Below are positions 1-10,549 of a DNA stretch of 64,000 nt, piece by piece. The stretch lies in NCBI GenBank assembly GCA_001771535.1, contig MEUB01000027.1, positions 20,601-84,600 on the forward strand. Direction: 5' to 3'. The stretch's first letter is position 1. Each line of letters starts with the position of its first letter. The translations under genes were made by a program, and so were the position numbers. This DNA is from a candidate division WOR-1 bacterium RIFOXYB2_FULL_37_13. GTDB taxonomy: Bacteria; Margulisbacteria; WOR-1; XYC2-FULL-46-14; XYC2-FULL-37-10. A model generated the notes under the pieces. It did not search any database. It saw only the letters and a program-made list of their open reading frames with translations, and was not told where the DNA came from.

Positions 1-320
1 ATGATTGGTCTGGCAAGTTGATACTCGCCATTTATAAAAGTTAAAACAATTAAAATAGAAGAAGCAAACAAAACAGTTAAAAAAACACCTATCAATTCAT
101 CTAAATATAATAAAAAACCCTTTTTGGTTTTATACATTGAAAAAAAATTGAAAGACAAAACATAAACAATAGTTATGGCAAGCAAATAATTGGAATATTG
201 ATGGATAGGTGCGGACAAAAAATTAGACCAAGTTAAGCTGTCAAATCTTATAAGATAAGAAATTATAAAAGATGAAATCACAAAAATAACATCTAAAATT
301 ATTCTAATAATTATAAACAT
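1..320 (-). CDS. Partial CDS (N-terminus only; gene continues beyond window start): polytopic membrane N-terminal region typical of polyprenyl glycosylphosphotransferase (WbaP/WcaJ-like initiating sugar transferase)
   Basis: Manual reverse translation from ATG at 320: MFIIIRIILDVIFVISSFIISYLIRFDSLTWSNFLSAPIHQYSNYLLAITIVYVLSFNFFSMYKTKKGF... Hydrophobic helices separated by an RFD motif, as in Bac_transf N-terminal regions. Overlaps the stop of the preceding gene (ATGTTTATAA). Confidence 0.4.
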   Translation of the reverse strand, partial: MFIIIRIILDVIFVISSFIISYLIRFDSLTWSNFLSAPIHQYSNYLLAITIVYVLSFNFFSMYKTKKGFLLYLDELIGVFLTVLFASSILIVLTFINGEYQLARPI

Positions 321-1276
321 AAATTGTCCCAATATTTTAACACATCTTTTAACGTTTGTTCGAACAAAATAGAAGGCTGCCATCCTATTTCCTTGTTTAT
401 TTTATCGTTTGAACCTATGATAATCTTATAATCATTCGGCCGCAAAAGTTTTTTATCAATTTCTATTGAAATTTCAAGACCAAGCATTTGCGCAAATTTT
501 TCAATAATTTCTCTTAGGGAAATTCCCTTGCCGCTGCATATATTATATATTTCTCCGGGTTTTCCTTTTTCAAACAACTCAAAATAAGCTCTTACAACAT
601 CCCTAACATCCGTAAAATCTCTTACAACGTCAACATTTCCAGTATGAAGTATTGCCTTTTTCAATCCTTGAGCTTTAAATTGAACTAATTGTCTAGCAAA
701 AGATGGAATTACAAAGGTATCTCTTTGGCCTGAGCCCATATGGTTAAAAGATCTCGTCATCATTATGTCAAGATTAAAGCCAGAAACATATATCTTCGAT
801 AAAAGCTCTTGTGATACACGCGCTACAGCATAAGGGCTTGACGGTTTAAGCTCATATGTTTCTTTAAGAGGCAAATCCTTTTCATCAAAATCTCCATATT
901 CTTCTGATGAGCCTATAGATAAAATTCTCGATTTCAACTTTAACTCTCGAACGCTCTCAATAAGATTAAGAAAAATATTCGTGTTATTTTTAAAGCTATC
1001 AACAGGATTTTGCCAGCTGAAAGCTACACTGCTAAAGGATGCTAAATGGAGAATATAATCGGGATTGAATTGGCAGAGGGCAGCTGAAAGATCATCTTTA
1101 TTTAACAAATTCAATTTCTTAAAATCGCATTTTATAGACGGGAATTTTGAAAGATCAAATTGCGGAGCCTGTAGGTCTACACCTAAAACAGATGCGCCAG
1201 GCACTACATTTTCTAAATAATCAAGAAAATGTTTTCCAACAAACCCTGAGAAGCCTGTTATAAGATATTTTTTCAT
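311..1276 (-). CDS. NAD-dependent nucleotide-sugar epimerase/dehydratase/reductase (extended SDR; GDP-6-deoxy-4-keto-hexose reductase-like)
   Basis: N-terminal Rossmann motif ITGFSGFVGKHFLDYL; YxxxK-type SDR architecture; 321 aa. Confidence 0.8.
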   Translation of the reverse strand: MKKYLITGFSGFVGKHFLDYLENVVPGASVLGVDLQAPQFDLSKFPSIKCDFKKLNLLNKDDLSAALCQFNPDYILHLASFSSVAFSWQNPVDSFKNNTNIFLNLIESVRELKLKSRILSIGSSEEYGDFDEKDLPLKETYELKPSSPYAVARVSQELLSKIYVSGFNLDIMMTRSFNHMGSGQRDTFVIPSFARQLVQFKAQGLKKAILHTGNVDVVRDFTDVRDVVRAYFELFEKGKPGEIYNICSGKGISLREIIEKFAQMLGLEISIEIDKKLLRPNDYKIIIGSNDKINKEIGWQPSILFEQTLKDVLKYWDNLCL

Positions 1277-1279
1277 ACA

Positions 1280-2701
1280 TCAAACCAATAGAACATATTG
1301 CCATGGAACTTTTACGATGTTTTGCTCTTTATCAAAATACAGCTCTTCAGAACAAAAAATCACGCCATAATCGCATTTTTTTTTATCCATAGTAAATAGA
1401 GCCTGTTTTATCCCTTTATTGCCGGCTGCAACTTCTATGGCAATCTTTTTCCTTGGGAAACCCAAAATAAAATCAGCCCCTCCATCGGAAGAATCATAAG
1501 ACAAAGAAAAATCTCCATATTTTGGAATAAATCTTTGGAAACAAAGAACTGCTAAATCTTCAAATAAACTTCCTTGATAATCATCGAGCAGTTTAGAGCT
1601 GTCTAATGAATTTAAAAAGAAACTTCTAAATGCCGGAGTTGCAAATAAATATTTAGAAGGTTTTCTTACTTGAGAATAATGAGAGCCATGAGGGGCTACG
1701 CGAATTAATACCCCAGCTTTACATAAAGCCATTAGAACTGAAGAAAGAGTTTCTTTCCTCATCTCAACAGCGCAACTCAAATGAGTTAAGCTAACACTAA
1801 TTGAGTCAGAAATAAGATACAAAATTCTTTCGACTTTACTGATAGTTTCAACTTCAAATCTTCCAAGCAATGGAAGATCAAACGAGATGATTTTATCTAT
1901 CATCTGGCCAATATATTCATTTGAGAGTGCCTCATTTTCAGATTGAATTGTAAAAGGAAGTGTTCCAAATTTCATATATTTTTTTATTTCAAATCGATCA
2001 ATTTGCAACCAATACTTTTTCACCCTGCCCTCTTCCTTTTTAAGTTCTTTGAACAATTTTTCGGCGTTATCAGAAGAAAGCAAAGCATTTGCAATATTTT
2101 CGCTAAGGTTTTCAGGCAGTAAAATATTATCCTTTATCATTTCGTATTCATGGAAATTAATCGGAAAAATATCGACAAGTTTAACTCTTCTTGATAAATC
2201 GGCATTAATTTGATCCTTTAAAAGCAAAGATGCGGAACCAGTGCATAAAACAAAAACATTCTTCGATTTGTCGTATAATGTTTTTAAAAATGCCGACCAT
2301 TTCTTGTCATAGTGTACTTCATCTAAAAACAGGAAAAACGGCTTTTTAAACTCTTCAACCGCAGAGCCCACCAGTTCTTCATAGCATTCAATTGCGTCCC
2401 ATAGCGTAACATCAAATCTTTTCACAATTTCGTCAACTGAAAGATATAGTTTTTCAGCTTGTGCATGAAAATACAGTTGAGCAAGAAGCGTTGTTTTACC
2501 TGTCCCTCTAAGCCCTGGCATTACAATAATTCTTGGTTCGTTTTTACCATTTATAAAGCTATTTATATGATTTTCTAAAACAAAATAGGCACTTCTCTTA
2601 TGAAACACCTTACCATTTACATCCCTTATATATCCCTCCAAACGGTCTTTCGAATGTAAAAGCTGGTTTTGAATATATTTTTTCAATTCCTCATTTTTCA
2701 T
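1280..2701 (-). CDS. AAA+ ATPase of the AAA_14/DUF4143 type (uncharacterised ATPase family)
   Basis: Walker A motif PGLRGTGKTTLL; Walker B-like FLFLDEVHY; long C-terminal DUF4143-like region; 473 aa. Lies between the complete epimerase gene and a partial copy of its 5' end. Confidence 0.7.
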   Translation of the reverse strand: MKNEELKKYIQNQLLHSKDRLEGYIRDVNGKVFHKRSAYFVLENHINSFINGKNEPRIIVMPGLRGTGKTTLLAQLYFHAQAEKLYLSVDEIVKRFDVTLWDAIECYEELVGSAVEEFKKPFFLFLDEVHYDKKWSAFLKTLYDKSKNVFVLCTGSASLLLKDQINADLSRRVKLVDIFPINFHEYEMIKDNILLPENLSENIANALLSSDNAEKLFKELKKEEGRVKKYWLQIDRFEIKKYMKFGTLPFTIQSENEALSNEYIGQMIDKIISFDLPLLGRFEVETISKVERILYLISDSISVSLTHLSCAVEMRKETLSSVLMALCKAGVLIRVAPHGSHYSQVRKPSKYLFATPAFRSFFLNSLDSSKLLDDYQGSLFEDLAVLCFQRFIPKYGDFSLSYDSSDGGADFILGFPRKKIAIEVAAGNKGIKQALFTMDKKKCDYGVIFCSEELYFDKEQNIVKVPWQYVLLV

Positions 2702-2785
2702 AGTTTAAAAGCCTCCAGAAATACATGCTACTGCAATAGTCCAGAAATGTCAATGCCTGGCCTATTAGTATAGTACAGCAACAAA

Positions 2786-2893
2786 TTATGGCGCCTGTAT
2801 ATCTACGGCTAACACAGATACTCCGGATTCAACATTTTCTAAATAATCAAGAAAATGCTTGCCAACAAATCCAGAAAACCCTGTTATAAGATA
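2786..2893 (-). pseudogene. Remnant of the 5' end (35 codons) of a paralogous NAD-dependent epimerase gene, followed by a stop codon
   Basis: Reverse translation gives MKKYLITGFSGFVGKHFLDYLENVESGVSVLAVDIQAP*, versus MKKYLITGFSGFVGKHFLDYLENVVPGASVLGVDLQAPQ at the start of gene 311..1276. Nucleotide similarity is about 85–90% over ~110 bp (1162–1276 versus 2782–2893). Confidence 0.65.
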
Positions 2894-2958
2894 TTTTTTC
2901 ATTTTTTACATTTTAGCGCGAACAGGAACAACCTACAAGCAAAGAGACCTTTAGAGAA

Positions 2959-4110
2959 TCAAATAAACTTATACAATTTCTTACAAATGTCACCCCAATT
3001 AAAATTGGAATTAACGAAATCAAAAGCTTCTTTTGCTAATTCTCGATTAAATTCCGGTTTCTGCAATAAAGACACAACAGCATTTGCGAATTCCTCTGGC
3101 TTATCTGCAATTAAAATATGTTTATTAGGTAAACAATTTATCCCTGAAAGTACACAATTTGTAGCAACCACAGGAACCTTGCAAGCCATCGCTTCTAAAA
3201 TTTTATTTTGAATACCTGTCCCAGATAACATAGGAGCTACCGCGCATGAGGCAGACGCAATATGCTCATAAATATTTTCGACATACCCTATCACAAAAAT
3301 ATCCACGCCATTGTCTAAATTTTTTATTTTCTTTGCTGGATTTGCGCCAACAACAAAAAACTTCGCATCGAGCATTTTAGCCTTAATCAATGGGAATACT
3401 TCTTTGACAAAAAACAATACAGCATCAACATTTGGGAAATAACCTAAATTCCCTGTAAAGATTATCTTGTTTGGTGTTTTTACAATATTATTTATTCCAC
3501 AAACATTTACACCATTTTGAACAACTTCAATTTTCTTGCTATCAGATATGGCCTTTTTTTCAGAGATAGAAACGACTAAAAAGCTACAATTAAGATTTGT
3601 TATTGTTTTTTCGTATCTTTCCATGGATTTCCATTCATAATAAAAAATTGGTTTCACCCAAAATCTTTCTCTTTTAAATCTTTTTTTCATATTTAATGCA
3701 AGGGAATCCACAAGATCAACAATAATTCTAAATCCTTTAAATTCTTGAATATATTGCGCCATTCTAATCAATTCAATCTGAACAATATCAAATTCATGCT
3801 TTGATTTAAGTTCTGTTATTTTGTTTTTTATCAGAGAAGAATATGAGGAAAAATTCTGGAGAGGAAGCCCCAAAAAAATCATTTTAAAAAAGTTAAATAT
3901 TTTTTCGAACAACCCAATCTTAATGCAATAAATCTCTTCACAATATTTTTCAAGCTCTTTTTTATTGATAAAATCTTTTTTCGAACAAATAGAAAGCAAA
4001 GTTACCTTATGACCATGCCTAGATAAATATTTAATAAAATTATAAACCCTTACCTGCTCACCTTTCAAGGGAGGATAAGGAAAGCGTGGCGTTAGAAATA
4101 AAATTTTCAT
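2959..4110 (-). CDS. Glycosyltransferase family 4 (GT-B)
   Basis: C-terminal motif APMLSGTGIQNKILEAMACKVPVVATN (E-x7-E-like GT4 signature). Confidence 0.8.
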   Translation of the reverse strand: MKILFLTPRFPYPPLKGEQVRVYNFIKYLSRHGHKVTLLSICSKKDFINKKELEKYCEEIYCIKIGLFEKIFNFFKMIFLGLPLQNFSSYSSLIKNKITELKSKHEFDIVQIELIRMAQYIQEFKGFRIIVDLVDSLALNMKKRFKRERFWVKPIFYYEWKSMERYEKTITNLNCSFLVVSISEKKAISDSKKIEVVQNGVNVCGINNIVKTPNKIIFTGNLGYFPNVDAVLFFVKEVFPLIKAKMLDAKFFVVGANPAKKIKNLDNGVDIFVIGYVENIYEHIASASCAVAPMLSGTGIQNKILEAMACKVPVVATNCVLSGINCLPNKHILIADKPEEFANAVVSLLQKPEFNRELAKEAFDFVNSNFNWGDICKKLYKFI

Positions 4111-5267
4111 TTTTTGCCTGCTATTTCATAAATTGAAAGAATACGACTTGCCATTTTCATCCAAGAAAACGCCTTAGTCCGTTCTAATCCTTTTATTCTC
4201 ATGTCATCTTTCATTTGTTTATTATTAACTACATTTATAATTGCATTTTTAAAGTCTTCATTACTAGTTGGATCTACTAAAACAGCTGCACCGCCTGATA
4301 TCTCAGGCAAACAAGATTTATTTGAGGTAATAACAGGAACCCCACAAGCCATAGCTTCTAATACAGGCAATCCAAATCCTTCATATAAGGAAGGATAAAC
4401 AAATAATTCCGCACAATTATACAAAGCGACAATATCATCATCTTCAACAAAACCCACAACAATAACATCTTTTATGTTTGGATGCCTTGAGATCAATTCA
4501 AATAATTTTGTTTTTTTCCAGTTCTTAATACCAAGGACAACTAAGCTTTCCTTAATCTTTTCATCCTTTTTTATCTCTAAATAAGATTTTATGATAAATT
4601 CTGTGTTTTTCCTGGGATCTGTTGCCCCCAATGCTAATATATATTTATTTTTTATATTAAAGGAGCTTTTAACTTTATCACACAATTCTTTATTTTTATC
4701 AACAATATGAAATCGAGTATCCATCCCTGCATAAACAACCAATATATTATTAGGAGCAATTTTTGGGAAGTGATGCAATATATCAATCTTTGAAAATTCG
4801 GAATCAGTAATTATGCGAAATGTTTTGCTTATAACGCGCCGAACTATATACTTGCGATATATTCTTCCAATTCTTTGATACATTGAAGCAGATTTTGGCA
4901 ATAAAGAGTAATCTTTCAAATACATGACATCATGAATAGTAACTATCAATTTTATTTTTTTGCTAAGAAAAACAGGCGCAGTATTTCCCGTACAATGAAG
5001 GATCTCAATATTGTCAAACCTTGCCACAAATGGCAATAAAATTTGTTCCCAAATAAGATAGTTTGATATTAAAAGCTTTTTTGTCGAAAAATTGCTTTGT
5101 TTTGGTAAAACACCTTCTATATCATCAGAGTCAACATATAAAATATATTGATTCACTTTGTCAATTTCTGCAAGATTTTGAATTAACTTTAAAGTGTAAT
5201 TACCGATTCCTCTTCTATTTTTTATAGCAAAACGGGCATCAATTCCTATTTTCAATTTTTTATTCAT
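4107..5267 (-). CDS. Glycosyltransferase family 4
   Basis: YPSLYEGFGLPVLEAMACGVPVITSN motif. Confidence 0.85.
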   Translation of the reverse strand: MNKKLKIGIDARFAIKNRRGIGNYTLKLIQNLAEIDKVNQYILYVDSDDIEGVLPKQSNFSTKKLLISNYLIWEQILLPFVARFDNIEILHCTGNTAPVFLSKKIKLIVTIHDVMYLKDYSLLPKSASMYQRIGRIYRKYIVRRVISKTFRIITDSEFSKIDILHHFPKIAPNNILVVYAGMDTRFHIVDKNKELCDKVKSSFNIKNKYILALGATDPRKNTEFIIKSYLEIKKDEKIKESLVVLGIKNWKKTKLFELISRHPNIKDVIVVGFVEDDDIVALYNCAELFVYPSLYEGFGLPVLEAMACGVPVITSNKSCLPEISGGAAVLVDPTSNEDFKNAIINVVNNKQMKDDMRIKGLERTKAFSWMKMASRILSIYEIAGKK

Positions 5268-5271
5268 AAAT

Positions 5272-6060
5272 TTAACATTTAATCTGCCTTCTGAGCTTTA
5301 TGCGTTTCTTGAAATTATAAAAACAATAGAACAAAAAAACTCTAACTAAAAATAAATAATTTTCTACCCTAGATGAAATATATCCATATTCATGCATTTT
5401 ATTCCTTATTTTTTTTAAATATCTTAACAATTCAAATATATTCGAAGATTTTCCTCCATCAAGAAAATAAGTTGTGTCAAAAGGCAAAACAGTATATTTT
5501 TCGCTTCCCTTAAATGCTATCCTTAACCAATATTCATAATCCATAGCTTGTTTATAATTTACATCAAACAATCCATGTTTATCAAAAACATCTTTCACCA
5601 AAAAAGTAGATTGATGCGGGATGCAATTCTTCGCAAGCAATGTTTTATAGTCTGGATTAGCTTTATACACGTGAAGTGGCTTACCTGATGCATCTATCAC
5701 AATTGAACCAGCAACTGCCCATCTCCAATTTTTTTCATAGTACGATGCCATAACTTTTGAAATAACATCATTGTTTATATATCTATCTCCAGCATGAAGA
5801 TGGGCAATTAACTCACCATTTGCATATTTAATCCCTTTATTCATGGCGTCGGAAATACCACAATCTGCTTCTGAAACAATTTTTATCGTTCTTAAAGGAT
5901 ATTCAGTAGCAATCAGCTTAATAATCGCCAGAGTATTATCTGTTGATTTACCATCAATAATTATATATTCAAGATCAGGATATGTTTGAGTTAAAACACT
6001 TCTCATCGTTTCAGCAATTATTGCCTCTGAATTTTTACAAATGGTAATAACAGAAATCAT
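5272..6060 (-). CDS. Glycosyltransferase family 2 (GT-A)
   Basis: N-terminal ISVITICKNSE...YIIIDGKSTDNT with a DxD-type GT2 fold. Confidence 0.8.
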   Translation of the reverse strand: MISVITICKNSEAIIAETMRSVLTQTYPDLEYIIIDGKSTDNTLAIIKLIATEYPLRTIKIVSEADCGISDAMNKGIKYANGELIAHLHAGDRYINNDVISKVMASYYEKNWRWAVAGSIVIDASGKPLHVYKANPDYKTLLAKNCIPHQSTFLVKDVFDKHGLFDVNYKQAMDYEYWLRIAFKGSEKYTVLPFDTTYFLDGGKSSNIFELLRYLKKIRNKMHEYGYISSRVENYLFLVRVFLFYCFYNFKKRIKLRRQIKC

Positions 6061-7283
6061 GGCGTAACTCCTTTAAGCTTTAAAACTTTATTTGATTCAT
6101 TTCTACCTTTGCTAAAGTTGTAAACAAACAAATAAATGGCAAACAAAAACAATCCTGAAAAATACATATTAGACAAGCCAAACGTTCCGAGCAAAAAAGC
6201 GAACACTGCGAAGTCAATTGCAAAATATCCTCTATCTTGAGCGTATATTTTTATTAATAAATAAAAAAGAAAAGAATATACAATTATCGAAAGAATTATT
6301 CCTAGGTCATACAGCATAGATACAAATCCCAAATTTGCCTCTTCTCCATAGTTTGTTTTAACGTATTCGTATGATGAATTTAATCCTTTTGGCAATAATG
6401 AAATATCATTCAGCACATACATTGACCCCATAGATCTATGCGCAAAATATTCTCCACCAAAATAAACAATAAATTGGGCTCCTAATAAGAATAAAAAACT
6501 AAAAACAATAATTGCCATTGCCTTTGATCTTAAAAATTTAACAATCGTATATGTCGCTAAAAACATAAAAGCAAGAATCAAGGCGGCCTTAGAAAGGCCA
6601 ATAATTAATCCTAAAATTGTAAGGGAAAAATATTTTATATTAAATTTTTTATTAATAATAGAATAAATAATAAACAAAAACAACAAAAATATGCCCATAG
6701 GGCCAGGTTCTCTGAAAATGGATAAAGGTCGACAATATTGAAAATTATTCAAGAAAGAGAAAATCGATCCCATGAATAAAAAAGGGAACTGCTCATGCCA
6801 TGTAAATCCGGAAATAAGAGGATATAAGCCTTTAATAATTATTTTATTGAAACCCAAAAAATTATACAATATAGTTGAGATTGCAATTTGCCCTATAATG
6901 ATTTTAGAAGTGGCAAAGCATAAATTCGAAAATTTCTGCAATATCCCCTGCGATACTGGGAAAAAAATAAAAAGCAACATTATTTTTACCAATGTTTTAA
7001 TAGTAAAAACAAATGAATTATCAATAGCGGAGCCTCCAAACAATCTCCCTTCTAAACTAACCATCCCCGACTGAAGCATGCTAATTAACGCAACAAATAA
7101 GCCTAACATCAAAATAACTATAATAAATTTTGATTTTACTTTTTTAAGAACAAATATGGGAGAAATAATTATAAAAGGGAACAAAAGCAAAGTAAAAATA
7201 ATATTAAATAAATCGTCAAACATCCCGCCCGTCAAAACAAACAAAAGAAGTAAATAAAAATATGGCTTTAATTTATTAAGCAT
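6057..7283 (-). CDS. Polytopic membrane protein, O-antigen polymerase (Wzy)-like
   Basis: 408 aa with at least 10 predicted hydrophobic helices and a larger loop; sits among glycosyltransferase genes. Confidence 0.5.
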   Translation of the reverse strand: MLNKLKPYFYLLLLFVLTGGMFDDLFNIIFTLLLFPFIIISPIFVLKKVKSKFIIVILMLGLFVALISMLQSGMVSLEGRLFGGSAIDNSFVFTIKTLVKIMLLFIFFPVSQGILQKFSNLCFATSKIIIGQIAISTILYNFLGFNKIIIKGLYPLISGFTWHEQFPFLFMGSIFSFLNNFQYCRPLSIFREPGPMGIFLLFLFIIYSIINKKFNIKYFSLTILGLIIGLSKAALILAFMFLATYTIVKFLRSKAMAIIVFSFLFLLGAQFIVYFGGEYFAHRSMGSMYVLNDISLLPKGLNSSYEYVKTNYGEEANLGFVSMLYDLGIILSIIVYSFLFYLLIKIYAQDRGYFAIDFAVFAFLLGTFGLSNMYFSGLFLFAIYLFVYNFSKGRNESNKVLKLKGVTP

Positions 7284-8397
7284 TAGGCTTTTTATCTCTT
7301 AAAACATTCTCATATGTTTTTTGTGTTTGCTCCGCAGTTTTTGCCCATGTAAAATATTTCATTCGCTGAAACCCTTTTTCTATCAATTGGTTCTTCAAGC
7401 TTTTATTACATATCACTTTCTTAATACTATTCAAAATTGACACCTTATCTGTAGGGTCAAAATATTCCGCTGCGTCTCCTGCAACCTCAGGGAAACAACT
7501 TGTATTACTAATTATCACAGGACACCCACAACTAAAAGCATCCACAATAGGAATTCCAAATCCTTCATACAAGGACGGATAAACAAAGCTCTGCGCATTC
7601 CTATATAAATAGGCTAAAACACCATCAGAAAAATCATAAAAAACTATTTTTTTTTCAATATTTAATTCCTTAAACAAAGTTATCTCTTTTTTTGAAAATT
7701 CCCTGCCGCCAATACATATTAAATATAATTCCTTATCCTGAGCTAATAGAGAAGAAATGCTTTCCAAAAAAAAAGTAAAATTCTTATACAATTTCCTATC
7801 TCCAACATAAAGCAAATATTTCCCAAAAAACTCTAAATCAATTGGTTCGGCCTCAACCTGACCAAAAGAACTTCCATGATAAATTACATCTATTTTCTCA
7901 GGACTTATTGAATATATTGACTCAATATCATGCTTAGTGTTTTCTGAAACAGCTATAATCCTAGAGGCCTTTTCTAATAATATTTTCTTAAATTTAGCTG
8001 CTACATCATTTTTTTTGAACATACTACTGAATTTCTCATGAATTAAATCATGTACAGTCAAAACAAACGGATGATCCCCAATATATTTCAAAAAATAAGC
8101 ATCATAATAAGTAGGGTGAAAAACATCAAACTCTTTTTCTCTCAACTTTTTTTTGCTCATCTGAATATTAATCAAATTCATTAATTGATTTTTTTTCCAC
8201 GATTTTATAGCTTTTAAAAATGGCATATGTCTAGAGAATGGAGCTCCTTGCAAATAATTATTATTTGAAAATAATAAAGGCAAATCAAAATCAATTTGTT
8301 TATCCAAATAGAAAAAATTCATTAATTCAAAAAAATATCTGGAAATACCCCCGTAACACTGGAAAGAGAATATTTGCCCATCATAAAGAATTTTCAT
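7276..8397 (-). CDS. Glycosyltransferase family 4
   Basis: YPSLYEGFGIPIVDAFSCGCPVIISN motif. Confidence 0.8.
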   Translation of the reverse strand: MKILYDGQIFSFQCYGGISRYFFELMNFFYLDKQIDFDLPLLFSNNNYLQGAPFSRHMPFLKAIKSWKKNQLMNLINIQMSKKKLREKEFDVFHPTYYDAYFLKYIGDHPFVLTVHDLIHEKFSSMFKKNDVAAKFKKILLEKASRIIAVSENTKHDIESIYSISPEKIDVIYHGSSFGQVEAEPIDLEFFGKYLLYVGDRKLYKNFTFFLESISSLLAQDKELYLICIGGREFSKKEITLFKELNIEKKIVFYDFSDGVLAYLYRNAQSFVYPSLYEGFGIPIVDAFSCGCPVIISNTSCFPEVAGDAAEYFDPTDKVSILNSIKKVICNKSLKNQLIEKGFQRMKYFTWAKTAEQTQKTYENVLRDKKPNA

Positions 8398-9515
8398 AAC
8401 ATGCCTCGCTCAATAAATTCATTTACGCATTTTTTGATTTCATAAAACATTTTATCTTTTGAAAAACAGCTTAACCCCCTTTTGTGTCCATTAATAGCTA
8501 ATTCCATTGCCTTCTTATTGTCATACAATAAATTTATTATCTCATCCGACAATTTGGCTGCATTATTTGGCGGAACCAATAGTCCGCAATTTTCAATAAT
8601 AACTTCTGGGATACCGCCAACACGAGTCGCAATAATCGGCTTTGTTTGCATCATAGCCTCCAGCACAGCATAAGACAAACTTTCATTAAGAGATGGGACA
8701 ACAACAACATCCGACATTTCAATAAAATTTTGAACATCTTCTCTAAAACCTAAAAATAAAACACTATCGGCAATCATCAATGACAGCGCCAAGGCTCTAA
8801 GGTCATAAAGTAAACTCCCTGCCCCCACAATGATTAGCATTGCATCAGGAATTTTCTCTAACACTTTTTTGAAAGATACTATTAATACTTCTAACCCTTT
8901 TTCTGGCGCTAGCCGGCTTACACAAACAATAATCTTTTTATTATACAAATCATAATCATTTATAAAAGCTTTTATAAACAAAGATGAAAGTGGTTTTTGT
9001 TCAACTCCATGATATATTTTTCTTACTTTATCAGGATTGCACTTATATGTTGAGATTGCAATGTCAGCAACATATTTAGAAGGACAAATCAATCGGCCTA
9101 TCCTACTGAAAAGATTTTGTGCTATAAATCTTCTCAATAAGACACCTATTTTTTCGCATTTGTTAGGAAGTTCTGCTGCATGCAAAAAACCTATAGTCTT
9201 TCTAAAGGCAAAAAAGGCAGCAATTGCGCCATGCTGGCAAGAAAACGTATTTCTAAAGTTTATAAAAACAATGTCTGGAGATATCTTAAGAAAAAAAATC
9301 AATAATTGCAAAAAACTTAAAAAATCAAAAACACTCTTTGGTCGTATCTTAATAATTTCTACGCCTGTTTTTTTTTCTGCTTCACCAAAAGCTTTAAACG
9401 TTGAACAAACTACATACAACTTATTTTTTTCTGAGCAAAAGCCAGAAACAATATCATTGAGATATTTCTCTGCTCCACCATATTCAAGTGAATCACTATA
9501 AAATATTATTTTCAT
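8394..9515 (-). CDS. Glycosyltransferase family 4
   Basis: GT-B layout with C-terminal VVPSLNESLSYAVLEAMMQTKPIIATRVGGIPEV. Confidence 0.75.
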   Translation of the reverse strand: MKIIFYSDSLEYGGAEKYLNDIVSGFCSEKNKLYVVCSTFKAFGEAEKKTGVEIIKIRPKSVFDFLSFLQLLIFFLKISPDIVFINFRNTFSCQHGAIAAFFAFRKTIGFLHAAELPNKCEKIGVLLRRFIAQNLFSRIGRLICPSKYVADIAISTYKCNPDKVRKIYHGVEQKPLSSLFIKAFINDYDLYNKKIIVCVSRLAPEKGLEVLIVSFKKVLEKIPDAMLIIVGAGSLLYDLRALALSLMIADSVLFLGFREDVQNFIEMSDVVVVPSLNESLSYAVLEAMMQTKPIIATRVGGIPEVIIENCGLLVPPNNAAKLSDEIINLLYDNKKAMELAINGHKRGLSCFSKDKMFYEIKKCVNEFIERGML

Positions 9516-10549
9516 GCTTTTATTTGTTTTATTTTATCAAATTTTTTCAACTTAAAACCTTTTAACTTTCTTGCAATCCCCCAAAAAAATAAGCTTGATT
9601 TTGAAATAAATAAAGGCAGCCTGACTAAAAACAGCTTAAATCTCCATTTAGCCAAAATATCTTTCCCCCACAAATGAGCTGCTTTCAACTTAGCAAGTTC
9701 AATGTTTCGTTGTTTTGCTCGAATAAACCCTTTATGATATTTTAAAATTATATTTGAAAGAATAAGACCAAAAAGCATGTTTTTAAATTTCAAAATCATT
9801 TCCTGTAGCCCATTTGCAATAAAAAAGGGTTCTACACATTTATAGAAAGAAATATGCATATCTATAACATTTTTCACACTATCTTGATTTTCATGAACTC
9901 TATACAAATACAATGAATCCTTAGTTATATAAATATATTTATCATGCAAATTCACTTCAAACCAAAAGAAGACGTCACTAACAGGGCCGACTTTTTTCCA
10001 TTTAAAGAACAATTTATTTTTATTTATAAAATCCATTCGAAGCATAACTGTTGGACATGCAATTAGATTTCTCCCTTGGCAAAAATCTTTTATATATTCA
10101 TTTTTTTTATAAACAACATCTTGGTCGAGTAAAAATAAGTTATTGGAAATAATTCCATTGTTAATATCAATAGTATCAATATTTGAAGATACCATCACAA
10201 CATTCTCATTATTGTCCAATATTTCAACTTCCTTTTCTAATAAATTGGGCTTCATAATATCGTCATCGTGTGAAATAATAAAATAAGGAGATTTATTGAG
10301 CCTCAAAGCTATATTCAAGTTTGCTGCCCCAACGTTCCTTCTATGCTTAATATATATAATCCGTGGATCAGCAAAACCACGCACAACCTCTTCTGTCTTA
10401 TCAGTAGAAGCATTATCTAAAATCATCAGCTCAAAATCTTTATATGTTTGATTCAATATTCCATCAATCGCATATTTCAAGAAATGTGCCCTATTATATG
10501 TAAGCAATGCAACAGTAAGTTTAGGTTTGGCGGATTTCATAATATTCAT
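9512..10549 (-). CDS. Glycosyltransferase family 2
   Basis: LTVALLTYNRAHFLKYAIDGILNQTYKDFELMILDNASTD. Confidence 0.8.
   Translation of the reverse strand: MNIMKSAKPKLTVALLTYNRAHFLKYAIDGILNQTYKDFELMILDNASTDKTEEVVRGFADPRIIYIKHRRNVGAANLNIALRLNKSPYFIISHDDDIMKPNLLEKEVEILDNNENVVMVSSNIDTIDINNGIISNNLFLLDQDVVYKKNEYIKDFCQGRNLIACPTVMLRMDFINKNKLFFKWKKVGPVSDVFFWFEVNLHDKYIYITKDSLYLYRVHENQDSVKNVIDMHISFYKCVEPFFIANGLQEMILKFKNMLFGLILSNIILKYHKGFIRAKQRNIELAKLKAAHLWGKDILAKWRFKLFLVRLPLFISKSSLFFWGIARKLKGFKLKKFDKIKQIKA

Noticed and set aside
1280-2701. AAA ATPase as part of a transposon or IS element
   Set aside because: There is no transposase ORF and I found no terminal inverted repeats. The flanking repeat is a duplicated gene segment rather than a target-site duplication.
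2855-3211. Plus-strand ORF of 118 aa (one of many plus-strand ORFs in the track, e.g. 4201–4398, 6772–7074, 8482–8673, 9037–9501, 11222–11431, 14849–15261, 26047–26302, 27317–27571, 42138–42446, 54688–55231)
   Set aside because: All lie antisense to long minus-strand genes with clear homology, have low-complexity or AT-codon-driven composition, and show no recognisable motifs. I treat them as spurious shadow ORFs.
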